From: an uncultured Patescibacteria group bacterium
GTDB taxonomy: Bacteria > Patescibacteriota > Gracilibacteria > BD1-5 > UBA6164
DNA length: 64,000 nucleotides
Direction: 5' to 3'
NCBI GenBank assembly: GCA_963926055.1
Contig: CAWUVK010000004.1
Coordinates: forward strand, 40,934 to 104,933
Below, one piece after another: positions 20,188 through 32,509 of the stretch (position 1 is its first letter; each line of letters opens with the position of its first letter). The position numbers were made by a program, and so were the translations under genes. The notes below the pieces were generated by a model. It was not told where the DNA came from and did not search any database. It saw only the letters and a program-made list of their open reading frames with translations.

Positions 20188-20793
20188 TATCTGATTAAAT
20201 TGTTTTGTATACGCTTTTTTTGTAGCAATTTTATAAATATCACCTGGAAGTTTAAGTGTATCAATACATATATGTACACATGTTTTTGAAACATGTACGA
20301 TACTTCTGGTTGTACCAACTATGATTCCATCAAAATGATGATGAGGTTTTGAGGGGTTACATACTTGTGCTAATCTTTTGTTAGTAAATAATCCGTCATT
20401 TTTATGATTACTTGAAGCAATTTCATGAATATTTTCTCAAACAATATTTTGTTGTAATTCTGAAAGTTTTTCTTGAGAATTTATTTGTTGTGATTGAATT
20501 TCACCAATGAGATTTTGAAATTTTTCATTTGAAAAATTTCAAAGTGTTTCTTTATCTTGCTGTGAAATTTCTAAGTTTTCTAGATTTCCTCTAAGTTTTT
20601 CTAATTCTCATGAAGTATCATTTTGTAGTTGATTTGTTTGTTTCTCAAATTTAAACTCTTTGAGTTTACCAAGAGTTTCAAGAGATAATCAAAATGTATT
20701 TGTAAATTTTTCTTCTAATCAATCTAACCCAACTTCAATATTTGAAGTTGGGTTATTATTTTGCTCGATAGATGTATTTTTATCTAGAGACAT
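20185..20793 (-). CDS. hypothetical coiled-coil protein (202 aa)
   Basis: It is open with TGA read as Gly and starts 2 nt after the upstream TPR gene's stop. The C-terminus is rich in His and Cys (PHHHFDG...CVHICID). Confidence 0.5.
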
Positions 20794-20795
20794 AA

Positions 20796-22349
20796 TTATT
20801 GATTATTTTCTAAATTTAATTCTTGAATATTTTTCTCAGCAAGTTTTGCATACTCTCAGCTTGGATCAAGAGAAATAGTTTTTTTGTAATAAATAAATGC
20901 TTTTTGTGTATCTTCTTTTATTTCTTCTAATTGACCAAAAGTTAAACTTATCATAGGATTATTTCCATTTAATTCAATAGCTTTTTGTAAATCTTTTTCG
21001 ATTTGTACAATCATTTCTTCATTAATTTCTTCTTTTTGAAGAGCTAGCCAACTTTTATATCAAAGAAATACTTCATTTTCAGGAAATAATTCAAGAGATT
21101 TTTGAGTATATTTTTCAGCTACATCGTAATTATCATACAATATATTGTAAAAAATAGCAAGACTTACATCATCTGATGTAATATTTTCAATATTTTCTTC
21201 CATAAGTTCATCAAATATTTTTAGCATTTTTTTATGATCTCATAATTGATAATAATTATAAATTAATCTTCTTTTTATATCAATAATATTTTCATATCCG
21301 AGTGATTCTGCTTTTCTCATTTGAATAGTACTACGAGTATATTCACGCAGTTTTTGGTGAACTATTCATAAAAAATAACTTACTTCTGGTTCATTATCTC
21401 ATAAATTATTATATTGAATCAAGAATTTTTTTGATTCAATATAGTTTCAAATTTCATAATTACTTCTAGCAATAATTTTAATAAGAGGTCTATAATCAGG
21501 AGATATTTTAAGTGTGTTTGTTGCAGTGGTAATAGCAACTGGATACAATCTATTTTGATAAAAAGCACCACTTATGAGAGCTGATTGATATGAAAGATCG
21601 CTAAATTGAAAATTTTCATAATTTTTTAATGCAATACGTATATTTTCTAGTTCTGGGAAAAACACTACTTTATGTTCTTGTATATTTCATGTACCAGTTT
21701 CTTCGCTATTATCTTGGTTTTCGTCATCTTGTATTCCATTCAGCGCATCAAAATAAGCTGAAAAATTATCTTTACAGGTTACGAAACTTTTTGTACATTC
21801 AATTGATGTTTTATAATAAAATTTTTCATCTTCACTGAGATTATAACTATTGAGTTCTTCGAGTACAAAAATCGTTTTATTTCCATCTAATTCTACAGAA
21901 TAAAACAAAGAACGTAAAGCTCTATGAATATCAAGTTGAGAATAAGTTTTTATCTGAGAATAATATTTGTATGCTTGATCATACTTATGAAGTTTAAAAT
22001 AAATATTTCAGATTTTATTTTTTATTGATTCATCATCAGGACTTTGTTTTATAGCCTGTAGATATTTTGATAGAGCTCTTGTGTATTCTTCATTTTGGAA
22101 GTGTAAATCACCTCATTGGATGAGTCATTTAAGTTCTAAACGCTTTTTAAGTATATTAATTTTAGCTTGAACACTGTCTCCATCAATTTCATCACCTATT
22201 ATTTCAATATCATCGAGTTGTTGTTCTAAGTCTTGTTTTTCTTCTATTTTTTGATTATATTTAAAACTCATAGCGATAAATATAATTACAACGAGTAATA
22301 AAATAATACCAGCAATTATTCATCAAATCTTTTTTTGATTTTTTCCCAT
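20796..22349 (-). CDS. membrane-anchored TPR-repeat protein
   Basis: 517 aa. Track fragments 21447-21665 and 21687-21908 are in frame. It has an N-terminal TM helix followed by repeated A..Y..A...P helical pairs. Confidence 0.65.
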
Positions 22350-22476
22350 ATCGTTAAATAATTATTAAACTACTTAGATAATAATTTTTCATAACACTTT
22401 GTAAAGTCAAAATACACAAATCTCTTTACAAAAACATCTTTGCACTTACACTAGAAAAAAAATAATTATAAAAACA

Positions 22477-23961
22477 ATGCTTAAAAAAATTGCTTCAAAC
22501 ACGTTTGCACAGATTCTATCAAAAGTTGGAACGGCCATTATATCTATTTTTCTCATAAGTATTCTTACGAATTATCTGACGGTAGATTTGTATGGTTTAT
22601 ATTTAAAAATATATAACTATATTTCTATTTTTGTATTTTTAGCAGATTTAGGACTTTATACAATTGCTATTCGCGAAATATCTGCAAATAAAAATGACAC
22701 GCAAAAAATTGTTTGAAATGTTTTAACAATTCGAGTTGTTTTAGCATTTATTATATTTGCTATTGCCATTTGATTGGCATTTTTTCTCCCAGGGTATGAT
22801 TCTTCATTAGCTCTTTGGTGAATCACAATTATTTGTTTCTTTACACTTTTTCAGCTTATCAATTCTTCAATTATGACTTTGATGCAAGCAAATATGAAAA
22901 TAGAATTTTCTTTATTTTCTGCTATTTTTGCTAAGTTGGTAAATCTATGAGCTATTGCATTTATTGTATTCGTAGTATTTGTAAAACAATCAACTAATTT
23001 TGATTATTTTGCTCCATTTTTATGGATTATAGGGACTTCGGTGTTAGCCAGTTTTGTAAATACTGTTTTAAATTATTTTTATGCGAGAAGAATTGAAAAA
23101 TTTGGTTTTGCTTTTGATTGGGAATATATTAAGTACATTTTGAAAATTTCTCTTCCATACGGTATTGCATTATTTTTATCAGTTGTCTACTTTAAAGTGG
23201 ACATTATTCTGCTTTCATTATTAGAAAAAGATGCAGATACTTCTATTGCATTGTACTCAGTTCCTATGAGAATAGTAGAAGTAATAATGGTCTTAGGTTG
23301 ATTTTATCTTAATTCAGTTTTACCATCCCTGTCGCAAAGTTTTAAAAATAAATCTATTGATACATTTCAAAAACTCATTCAAATTTCATTTAAGTTTTTG
23401 TTTGCAGGTTGATTATTAATCTTTGTTTTATGAGTATTATTTCGTGAAAATATGATAGAAATAATTGCCAATAGAGATTATCTTGATACTGGTAGCATGT
23501 TTAATTCATCCGATGCATTTCTTGTAGTATTTGCCGTGGTTTTATTTCACTTTATATCTCTGGTATTTATATATACACTAATTGCCACTAATCATCAATC
23601 AAAATTATTAAAAATCAATATAGCAGTGACTATTTTTAATATTATTTGAAATATTATTTTGATCCCTATTTACTCTTTTATTTGAGCCTGAATTATAACT
23701 TTACTCAGCCAAATATTATTAATGAGTTTAGGATATTTCTATTGTAGACATATTGTCGAGTTTCATTTTCCTTGGACTGATATGATAAAAAATATTTTAT
23801 TTTGATTATTTGTATTTTTTATCTGATGGATTTTATTGAATAATTTTTCACTTTGAGTCGTGCTGGATATGTTATTATATTGAGGATTATTATTTTGAAT
23901 ATATTGTGTATTTTTCTATTTTAATTATAAAAGTATTTTACAAAAAAACTCAGAATCTTAA
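22477..23961 (+). CDS. MOP-superfamily flippase (Wzx/MurJ-like polysaccharide transporter)
   Basis: 494 aa. Track fragments 22477-22716, 23041-23301 and 23452-23649 are in one frame. It has roughly 12-14 TM helices with the typical N-terminal segment. Confidence 0.75.
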
Positions 23962-23975
23962 TTCTGAGTTTTTTG
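23942..23975. terminator. bidirectional rho-independent terminator
   Basis: The stem ACTCAGAAT (23948-23956) pairs with ATTCTGAGT (23961-23969) and has A and T runs. Both convergent stop codons lie inside it. Confidence 0.75.
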
Positions 23976-24878
23976 ATTGTTTCATTGTTCTATAATATTT
24001 TTTAAAACGTGTAACCTTGTTACATGTAAAGGAAAGTATTTGATTTTTTCATCTTTCATTTTTCCAATAATTCCACTAAATAGAAATCATATATTTTCAT
24101 TGCTTTGTAAATATTTTAATTGTTCTCAAGGATCTAAATTGGAAAATTGAGAATAATAACTAAATACTTCAATTATATATTTTATTTGTTGTTGTGAAAT
24201 TCACTGCGTTGTATCTCAGATTTTTATAAAAAGTTCAACAATTTCATCATCAATTTTTGGGTCGTTTAAATCTATATTATATTGAGAAATAGTATTTCAT
24301 TTTTCACTATATTCTTGTTTTTTTAATCTTTGACTTTCATTTTGAGTCCCATAATTTTTAATGGATTTTGTAATTGCGGCCTTTTGAGCTGGTGAAATTT
24401 TAGCATCTGCTGATTCTAAACGAGTTATCCTTCATGATAAAACTCATACTTCAAATTCTTGATTTTTACTATTTGTATAAATATACATTCCATCAGAAAT
24501 ATTTTCGTTGAGTGGTTTATATAATTCTCTATTATTTTGATGTTTTTTGTTCATATGCTCTTTGAGTCTTTGAGAAAGCAATTGTTGAGTTTGAGGTTTT
24601 TGCAAAGATAAATCACGAATAAAAATATTATCTCTATTTTTAGAATTCCATAGAGCTTTTATACTTCCAGCTTCAAATCCATTAAAAATATGTACTTTTT
24701 CTTCTTTATTTTTTTGTCATAATACATAATCAATTTGCCCAGAAACTTTGTTTACTAATGTATAAATACGTTCATTTTTACATTGATATAAATCATATTT
24801 AACGTTATTTATGATATTATTTTTTATGATTTCAGGAGAATAATTTCTATTATTTTCCTTTTGGAAAGGAGTATTCAT
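23958..24878 (-). CDS. hypothetical protein (306 aa)
   Basis: Open with TGA read as Gly. No family recognised. Confidence 0.45.
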
Positions 24879-24899
24879 AATATTTTTATTAAAAATAAT

Positions 24900-25964
24900 T
24901 TATGCAGCTGTATTATAATAATTTGTCCATTGAGGATTATTTTTTGAAGGATTTTGTTTTTTATATTCAACAGAAAGAATCAATATTTCAGATGCAGTAT
25001 TTACTAAATGAAGTAAATGTCTTTGTTGATTTTTCGTTTCGAGAGAATATTCAAAATCTTGATTCAGATAATTTTTAATATATTCTTTTAATACAGTAAA
25101 TCTTTTTGTATCATCTAATCAATGAGTTTTTTCAAATATACTTTTTGGTAATCGAGACATTAATATTTTATATATACTGCTGGCTGAAGAAATTTGTTGA
25201 AATTTTTCTTGTTTTTCACTGTCTGATAAATTTTTTGAAAAATCATTCTGCCAAGAAGAAATTTTTGCTATACCACTACTAAAAGGGTAGAGTGTTTGAT
25301 AATCTTCAAAAATATTTTCTGCATGAATTTTTTTATTCTGTAGAATTTCTTTATTTTTTTGAGTTTCTATTTTTTCTTGTTGTTTTTGTTTTCTTTTTTC
25401 GATAGCTTCTAAATTTTTCTTTTTTTTATTTTCTTGTATTCTTTGGGAAGCAGATTTTTTTGGTTGAATATTTTGAGTATTTTGATTTATTTCCTCAGAA
25501 GAACTATTTTTATTTTTTCAAATTTCTAAAAATATATTTTTAATATGATTTTTATTTTTAGGAGTATTTTTTATTTTTTTGAAAAATGCTCTTTTGTGTG
25601 TTTGATATAAAGCTGTGATTTGTTCTGCTTGATTTCAATAAATAAATTTTCAACCAGTTGCAGGAAAAATTTTATAAATTTCCTGAGAATTTTCATATCA
25701 TAATACAATTATTTTTTCTCATAAAAACTCTATACTATACGGTTGTAGATTTCATTGTATTTCAATAGATTCTCATAATTCAGGATTTTGTTTTTCCTTA
25801 GGTTGTTTTAAAATAGCCTGAGGTATAGTTATTTTTTGTTGAGGATGTTCTAAAATATCTTGGACATTTTTTTTATTTGAATGCAAAATATTTTGTATAT
25901 TTGAGGATAATTTATTTTTTAATAGATGAAAATTTCAGCTAAATTTTTCTCGAAAATTTTTCAT
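24900..25964 (-). CDS. hypothetical protein (354 aa) with a Lys/Gln-rich central segment
   Basis: Open with TGA read as Gly. No family recognised. Confidence 0.45.
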
Positions 25965-26149
25965 AAAATAAAGAAGGAAAAGAAATATTAAACATATTAT
26001 AAAATAATAATTTATATATGTCAAATACTAGATATTTTTTATATTTTATCTTATAATTATAAATAAAATATTGTCAATATAATTTAACTTGTTTTTGCTC
26101 ATTAGATGAGTAATTTTATATATGAAATATACAAATATAACACAAAATA

Positions 26150-27442
26150 ATGAAACATATAAATAAATGATTTACATTAGTTGAATTGATAGTAGTAGTA
26201 ACTATTTTAGCTATTTTATCTACTATTTGATTTGTAGCATATAGTGGATATTTATCATGAGTGAGAGATACAAATAGAATTACTCAGTTAAAATCGATCT
26301 ATGATGGGTTAAAGATTGTTCAGTCGAGATCTCAATTACCATTACCTGATGATTATATAGAAATAAAATCAGGATCAAATATAATATCTTATCAATGATA
26401 TGCTGGAAATAATGTAATAGAAGCAATAGAATATTCGTCTGAATGATTAGACCCAAAAGATCAAACATATTTTACGTACAGCCTTACTGCTGATAAAAAA
26501 TATTATAGTTTAATGGCTCTGCTTGAAAATGATTTAGATGATACTCTTTCGCCAGTATGATATGCACCTAAAACTTCAGCTATAAATTATACACGTAGAA
26601 CTCCTTTTATAGAAGGGAAAAAAGTTTGAATGCTTTTAGATAATACAAATAGACCTATTCAAGAAAATAGTATTGTAAAAGATGTAGGAATATTTGATTT
26701 ACAAGATATTTGAACTGTCGATTTTCAATTATATTTAGATAATTATGAAATGTATTCATGAGATTGAGATCTATTATCTCATATGATTCATAACTATGAT
26801 TGTAAAAGAATAAAAGATTTAAAATGAAGTTCGCAATCTGGAATATATTCAATTGATCCAGATGCAGATGGAGTTACACAAAAAGTTTTTTGTGATATGA
26901 CGACAGATGGTTGAGGATGGACATTTGCTACTATGCTTGCTGATACTACAACACAAAATTTATTTTCAGAATTGAATGTGAATAATACTGAATTTATTAC
27001 CAGTATTAAAAAAGATATTTATACAAAATGAAAATTATCAAATGTTTGGGTAGATGATAGAAATAGAGATATTTTATTACAATGTTTCTCATCTGAACCA
27101 GAACATAAATGATATGAAACTCCTGTGATTATCTATGATTTTTTATGAACAGAAAAAAATAATTTAACAAAAATCAGTAAACAAAATACTCAATTTTCAT
27201 CAAAAAATTTAATAGTAAAGTGGAAAAATAGAACCTTTATAGCAGATGTTTTATATGAAGATGCATCAGATAATGAAACTATGATTATCACTACAAAAGA
27301 CGATAAAGATGACATTTTTTATATTCAAAATGATAGATTAGCTACTTATCAGTATGCTGAAGAAACTGGACCAGCATATTCAGACCCGTTAAAATATAAA
27401 TCTTTTTCTGATGAAGTTTATTGTGTTTCAGCAATTAGATAA
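26150..27442 (+). CDS. type IV prepilin fused to a fibrinogen-like (GGGWT) C-terminal domain
   Basis: 430 aa. The leader MKHINK precedes G/FTLVELIVVVTILAIL, and the cleavage-site Gly is the TGA at 26168-26170. The C-terminal half carries CKRIKDLKGSSQSGIYSIDPDADGVTQKVFCDMTTDGGGWT (about 26801-26925). Confidence 0.8.
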
Positions 27443-27470
27443 AAAAACTGTCTTACGACAGTTTTTTTTG
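27441..27470. terminator. bidirectional rho-independent terminator
   Basis: The stem ACTGTC pairs with GACAGT (27447-27462), with an A run before and a T run after. Confidence 0.7.
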
Positions 27471-28127
27471 TTTTTCTTCTCATTGTTTTTGTACTAAAAA
27501 TACTTTTTTATAATATTTACATTTTTCTTGGAAAGGGCAGGTTTCACATTTAGGTTTTCTAGCAATACAATGATATCTTCCAAATAAAACCAAAGTATTA
27601 TGAAGCATTCAGTGATTTTGTTTTGTAAATCATTTAGAAATTTTTTTATCCGTTTCATTTGGAGTTTTTGTATTAACTAAACCAAGTCTGTTTAAAACTC
27701 TATGTACGTGCGTATCAACTCCGATATATGGAGCATCTTCGATAACAGCGAGAAAAACTTTGGCCGTTTTTATACCAACTCCTGGGAGAGTTGTGAGTTG
27801 TTCGATAGTTTTAGGTATTTTGGAATTGTATTGTTCGACTAATATTTGCGAAGTTTTTTTAATATTTGCAGCTTTATTATTAAAAAATGAAATCGAATTA
27901 ATAAATTCTTTTATATAATCTAAATTCATATTTACTCAGTCTTGAGGAGTAACTAAAAAATTAAAAAAATTTCTATTTACTATATTTACTTGTTTGTCAG
28001 TTGCTTGAGCAGACATAAGAATCGCAATTAAAAGCTGAAATTCATTGTGAAAAATTAATTCAGTTTTAGCATCAGGAAACATTTCATTGAGTTTAGCGGC
28101 GAATTCGGGGATATCTTTTTTAAACAT
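27453..28127 (-). CDS. nth: endonuclease III
   Basis: Track fragments 27936-28127 and 27630-27929 join through TGA. Motifs are the HhH LPGVGIKTAKV, the catalytic-Asp context VDTHVHRV and the Fe-S motif CIARKPKCETCPFQEKC. Under table 25 the ORF runs to TAA at 27453-27455. Confidence 0.9.
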
Positions 28128-28265
28128 TTACAGTTTTAGTTTCATCCGGATATACTATTTAAAATAAATAATATACGGTAAAATAAATTTATAATATTTT
28201 AAGAACTTGAGAAAAATATTATTTTTTTTATACTACTGAAAAATTATTATAAAAAAAGTAAAAAT

Positions 28266-28988
28266 ATGAATAATTATACTTGATTTTATTTGGATGAAGC
28301 AAAAGGGAATAATGCATTTTCATTTGAACAAAGAAAAAATAAAAAACTTTGGGTGCCAAAATTAATCGAAGCAACTATTTGAGATATTGAATTATGAGAT
28401 GAAGTGGTATTTGAAGATTTTTGATTTGACGATCAACTTTCTACCAATACAGGTTTAAAAAATTTTTATAAAATATCGTGGGAATGAAAAGATATTTATT
28501 TATTTGATAATCATAATCACGCATATTATTTTTGGTATTTGGCCAGAAACCAAAATATTATTTGAGATGATAATATTTTAGTTCATGTTGATGAACATGC
28601 CGATACAAGAGATCCTGGAGAATATTTAATGAAACCAGATTCTCAAGATTTAGAAAAGGTATTTCACTATACAAATTATGTGTATAATGTCGGAAATTAT
28701 ATTATTCCTGCGCAAAAAGAAGGATTGATTTCAAAAACTATTCAAGTAAGAAATACATATAATTTGGAAGAATATTTAGATTTAAGGTCTACTTTAGGTG
28801 AAAATGTAATCTTGAACTTAGATTTAGATTTCTTTCAACCGGATCTAGATTTCATTGATTATGATTTGAAGAAAAAAGTAGTATTAGATGCTGCGAAAAA
28901 AGCAAAAATAATCACAGTAGCAACAAGTCCATTTTTTATAAATCAAGACTTAGCTATAAAAGTTTTTAAAGATATTTTTGAAAATTAA
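28266..28988 (+). CDS. UPF0489-like protein
   Basis: 240 aa. FDNHNHAYYFW and LVHVDEHADTRDP resemble the UPF0489 family. Track ORF 28629-28988 is its C-terminal half. Confidence 0.5.
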
Positions 28989-29095
28989 AAAATATTTATT
29001 TAAATTTTTTTGTGAAAAATGAAAAAAGAAAATTATTTTGAAAAAGATAAATTCTTATTATAATCTCATATATATTAATTTATAATTATTACAAA

Positions 29096-29410
29096 ATGAC
29101 TGTAGTTATTAACAAAGAAAACTTCGAAGAAGTTTCAAAAGAAGGTGTAGTTTTAATCGATTTCTGGGCTGAATGGTGTGGACCTTGTCAAACAATGTTA
29201 CCAATCCTAGATCAATTCTCTGAACAAATGGGTGATAAAATGACTGTTGGTAAAATCAACGTAGATGAAAATCCTGAATTAGCAGGACAATTCAGAGTTA
29301 TGTCTATTCCTACAATTGTAGTTCTAAAAGATGGAGAAATGGTAGAAGCTCCTTTAGTTGGAGTACAAACAAAAGATAAATTAGAAGAAGTTTGTTCTAA
29401 ATATTTATAG
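29096..29410 (+). CDS. trxA: thioredoxin
   Basis: 104 aa with WCGPC and typical flanks (VLIDFWAEWCGPCQ...MSIPT). No TGA codons. TAG stop. Confidence 0.95.
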   Translation: MTVVINKENFEEVSKEGVVLIDFWAEWCGPCQTMLPILDQFSEQMGDKMTVGKINVDENPELAGQFRVMSIPTIVVLKDGEMVEAPLVGVQTKDKLEEVCSKYL

Positions 29411-29464
29411 TATAAAAAAGGTAATTTTTATTACCTTTTTTATCTGTTAATTTTTTTATAAAAT

Positions 29465-30124
29465 ATGAGAAAGAATTTCATTTTATATTTAATATCTGTT
29501 GTAATTTTTACTTTGTTCACATCTATCTGGCTTTATAGTTTTTTTGATTTTTTCCCAAAAGACTATTTTGTAGTAAATTATATATTTTCTATTTTAAATC
29601 TCTTTATATGAACAGGTATTTGAATTGCTTTGGTTATATGGTATCTTAATAATATAGAAGAACAAAAAAGAAAAATTTTTGAAATATTATTAGGAAAATT
29701 ACACGAAATAAAAGAACTAAGTTATAAAATAAAAACTAATGAAAAATACTCATCACATTATTTAAAATTACAATCATATACTTTTTGATTTGATGAAAAA
29801 AAGCAAAAAATAGATATAAAAATACTGGAAAATAATGATATATTTAGTATTTTAAAATGTTATGAATTTCAAAAAATATCAGATTTAATTTGAAGCTTTT
29901 ATATGCAATTAAATCTATTTTGATCTAAATTAGATGATAATATGAAAAATATTTTGAAACTTGAGCATGAAAATATCTGAAATTTAGATTTTTATAAATT
30001 AGTTTATATTTATTCTCATTGAAAATCATGAGAGAATATTCATATTCAAGATAATAAATTATACTATTGAGACTCAGAGTCATTAAAAAAAATAATTTCA
30101 ATATTTAAAAAGAACGATTTTTAA
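29465..30124 (+). CDS. hypothetical membrane protein (219 aa)
   Basis: It has two N-terminal TM helices and is open with TGA read as Gly. The terminator hairpin AGAACGATTTTT/AAAATCGTTCT overlaps the stop. Confidence 0.5.
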
Positions 30125-30141
30125 AAATCGTTCTTTTTTTC

Positions 30142-30840
30142 TTAAATAATCCCTCTCACAGCTGAAATATTAAAACTATAGTTCATCTTTAAACTTCAAA
30201 TAATTCAAACGTATCAAATATTTCCATCGATACTTACTGGTTTGAGAATTATTGTATAATCCTTGAGAAAAGGTAAAATATTTTCATCTCAGATAAAAAT
30301 ACATATATCATTATTTTTTGGAAGTTCATCGATAAATTTCTGAAAATGAAATCTATCTTCGAGCATTTTTATAATCGAAAAAATAGAGTTTCACATTCTT
30401 TTATGATTTTCTTCTAAAAATTTTCAGACTCAAGAATATTCTAAAATATGTTTATCTGGAAGTGAAAAAAATGCAATTTCTCAAGTATTTTTTGCTAATT
30501 CAAAACTAATTCTATGTACAAAATCTCAGATTTTTTTTACTTCTTCAAAATATTTTTGAGTATTTTTTTGTTGCAGAAAATAATCAGGACTGCTTTGCAT
30601 AAGGTAATTTACGAATGCTCTGAGTCCTTTTGCTGTTGGGAGTCTTCCTGCAGAATTATATGGTTGATAGAGTAAATCGAGATTTTCTAATTTTGCCATA
30701 TCGTTACGAACTGTTGCCGGAGAAACTCACAAATCATATTTTTGTAACAATCATTTACTCCCAATAACTTCACCACTTTGGATAAATTCATCGACAATAA
30801 TTTTGAGAATTTCTATGTTTCTTTGAGTTAGTTGAGACAT
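30142..30840 (-). CDS. hrcA: HrcA-family heat-inducible repressor (short form)
   Basis: 232 aa. The N-terminal winged helix is [35 protein letters not shown]. It is shorter than typical HrcA proteins. Confidence 0.75.
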
Positions 30841-30850
30841 TATTCTATAA

Positions 30851-31915
30851 TTAATGAATTATTTTTTGGAGAGAATCAACTGTATTTGTAATATTATATT
30901 TTCATAAAATTTCAGTATAATTCGGTGTATTTTTTTGAGTAATATTTTGAATTTTCTCTAAAATAGAATTTGTAGATATTGCAGAAAAATATTCAATTTT
31001 ATCACCACAAATATGTGAAATATTATTCAGATTACTTGCGTAAATTTGTATGTTTAAAGCAAGAGGATTTGATAAACGAAAAGGAAAAGATTCATATAAA
31101 CTTGGAAAAATCACTCATTGAGATTTTGAATATAAAATATGTTCTTCTCCAGGATTCAGATGATCTATGAAGTGGATATGCTCTTTTAAATTTCCCTGTA
31201 CAATAGCGTGACGCAAATCTATATTTTTTCCAATCTTATCTCATAAAAATACCAAGTCTATTTTAATATTTTTTTTGTGTAATCTTTCAAATACCTGTAC
31301 TAATCTATCAATATTTTTTTCGATTCCGTCGCCACCTGAATAAATAAAATATTTATCTGCGAGACTAAATTTTGAGTGAATATCTATTTGTACTTCATTT
31401 TGAATCACTTTTTTATTTGGAATAAAAAAACCAGGTAATAGAAAGATTTTATTTTCGTTAAAATCAAATCTTTCTATTAATTCATCTTTTGTATTTTCAT
31501 CAAAACATAAAACTTTTTTCGAATTTTTTAAATTTTTTTCTAATAAAAATAAATATATATATTTTTCAAAATGATTGGAAAAATTTTGATAAAAAATATC
31601 TTTTAATCATGAAATAATAGTATAATAATCTCATTTATAACCAAGAGGTTTAAAGTGATTAAAGAAAATCATAAATCAATTATTATCACGAGAAAATATT
31701 TTTGATAACTGAAATTGTTCTCTCAGACTACCATTTTTAATATTTATAAAATGCACACGAATATTTTTAACATCCAAAGAAAAAATATCAGTAGGAGTTG
31801 TATAGATATTATAATTATTTTGAGGATTTTTTTCTACAAGATTTTTGACAAGTTCAACAGCAAAATGTGAATACATATCATCTTCTAAAAATCTCAAATC
31901 TATCCCAATATTCAT
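30851..31915 (-). CDS. GT4-family (group 1) glycosyltransferase
   Basis: Track fragments 31676-31915 and 30902-31114 are in one frame, giving 354 aa. The C-terminal motif is FPSLYESFPFRLSNPLA. Confidence 0.8.
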
Positions 31916-31995
31916 AGAGGCTTGCTAAAAAATAAAATTGTAGTTTTTTTCTTTTTTTAGTATACTGTAAAATATGATTTTTAAAAATTTATTTT

Positions 31996-32259
31996 ATGGA
32001 TTTTGTTGAATATATTCGCTCAAACTTGCAGAACAATGTTTTAACGGTAAAAGTAATCCCAAATGCACAAATGACAAAATTTCAAGAAATTTTACCAGAT
32101 GGAACCATAAAAATACGTATTGCTTGTGTGCCAGAAAAATGAAAAGCTAATAAGCATTTACTTGCTTTTCTTAAGAAATCTTTAAGATTAAAAAAAGATA
32201 GTATTTGTATACTTTCTTGAGATACTTCGCAATATAAAAAGATAAAAATAATTTTTTAG
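31996..32259 (+). CDS. DUF167/YggU-family protein
   Basis: 87 aa with VKVIPNA....I....IKIRIACVPEKGKANKHLLAFL. Confidence 0.7.
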
Positions 32260-32267
32260 TTGATAAA

Positions 32268-32495
32268 ATGGAAAAAATGTTCACAAAAATTATAATGGCT
32301 ATTATTTATGTTTTGATGGTTATAGGTTTTTATATTTTCGTTTATAAACGTTTAAATATGCTCAATAAGAGACACATGAAACATATTGAGAGTGTATGTT
32401 TAAAAAGAAATTATCGCAGCGTTATGCAAATTGTTTCATTTTTATTTTTAGCTTCAACGGTGTGTTCACTGTTTATGATATTCACCCTTTTATAA
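32268..32495 (+). CDS. small two-TM membrane protein
   Basis: Intact 75-aa track ORF with a TAA stop. Confidence 0.45.
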   Translation: MEKMFTKIIMAIIYVLMVIGFYIFVYKRLNMLNKRHMKHIESVCLKRNYRSVMQIVSFLFLASTVCSLFMIFTLL

Positions 32496-32509
32496 TATAA
32501 TTGACGAAT

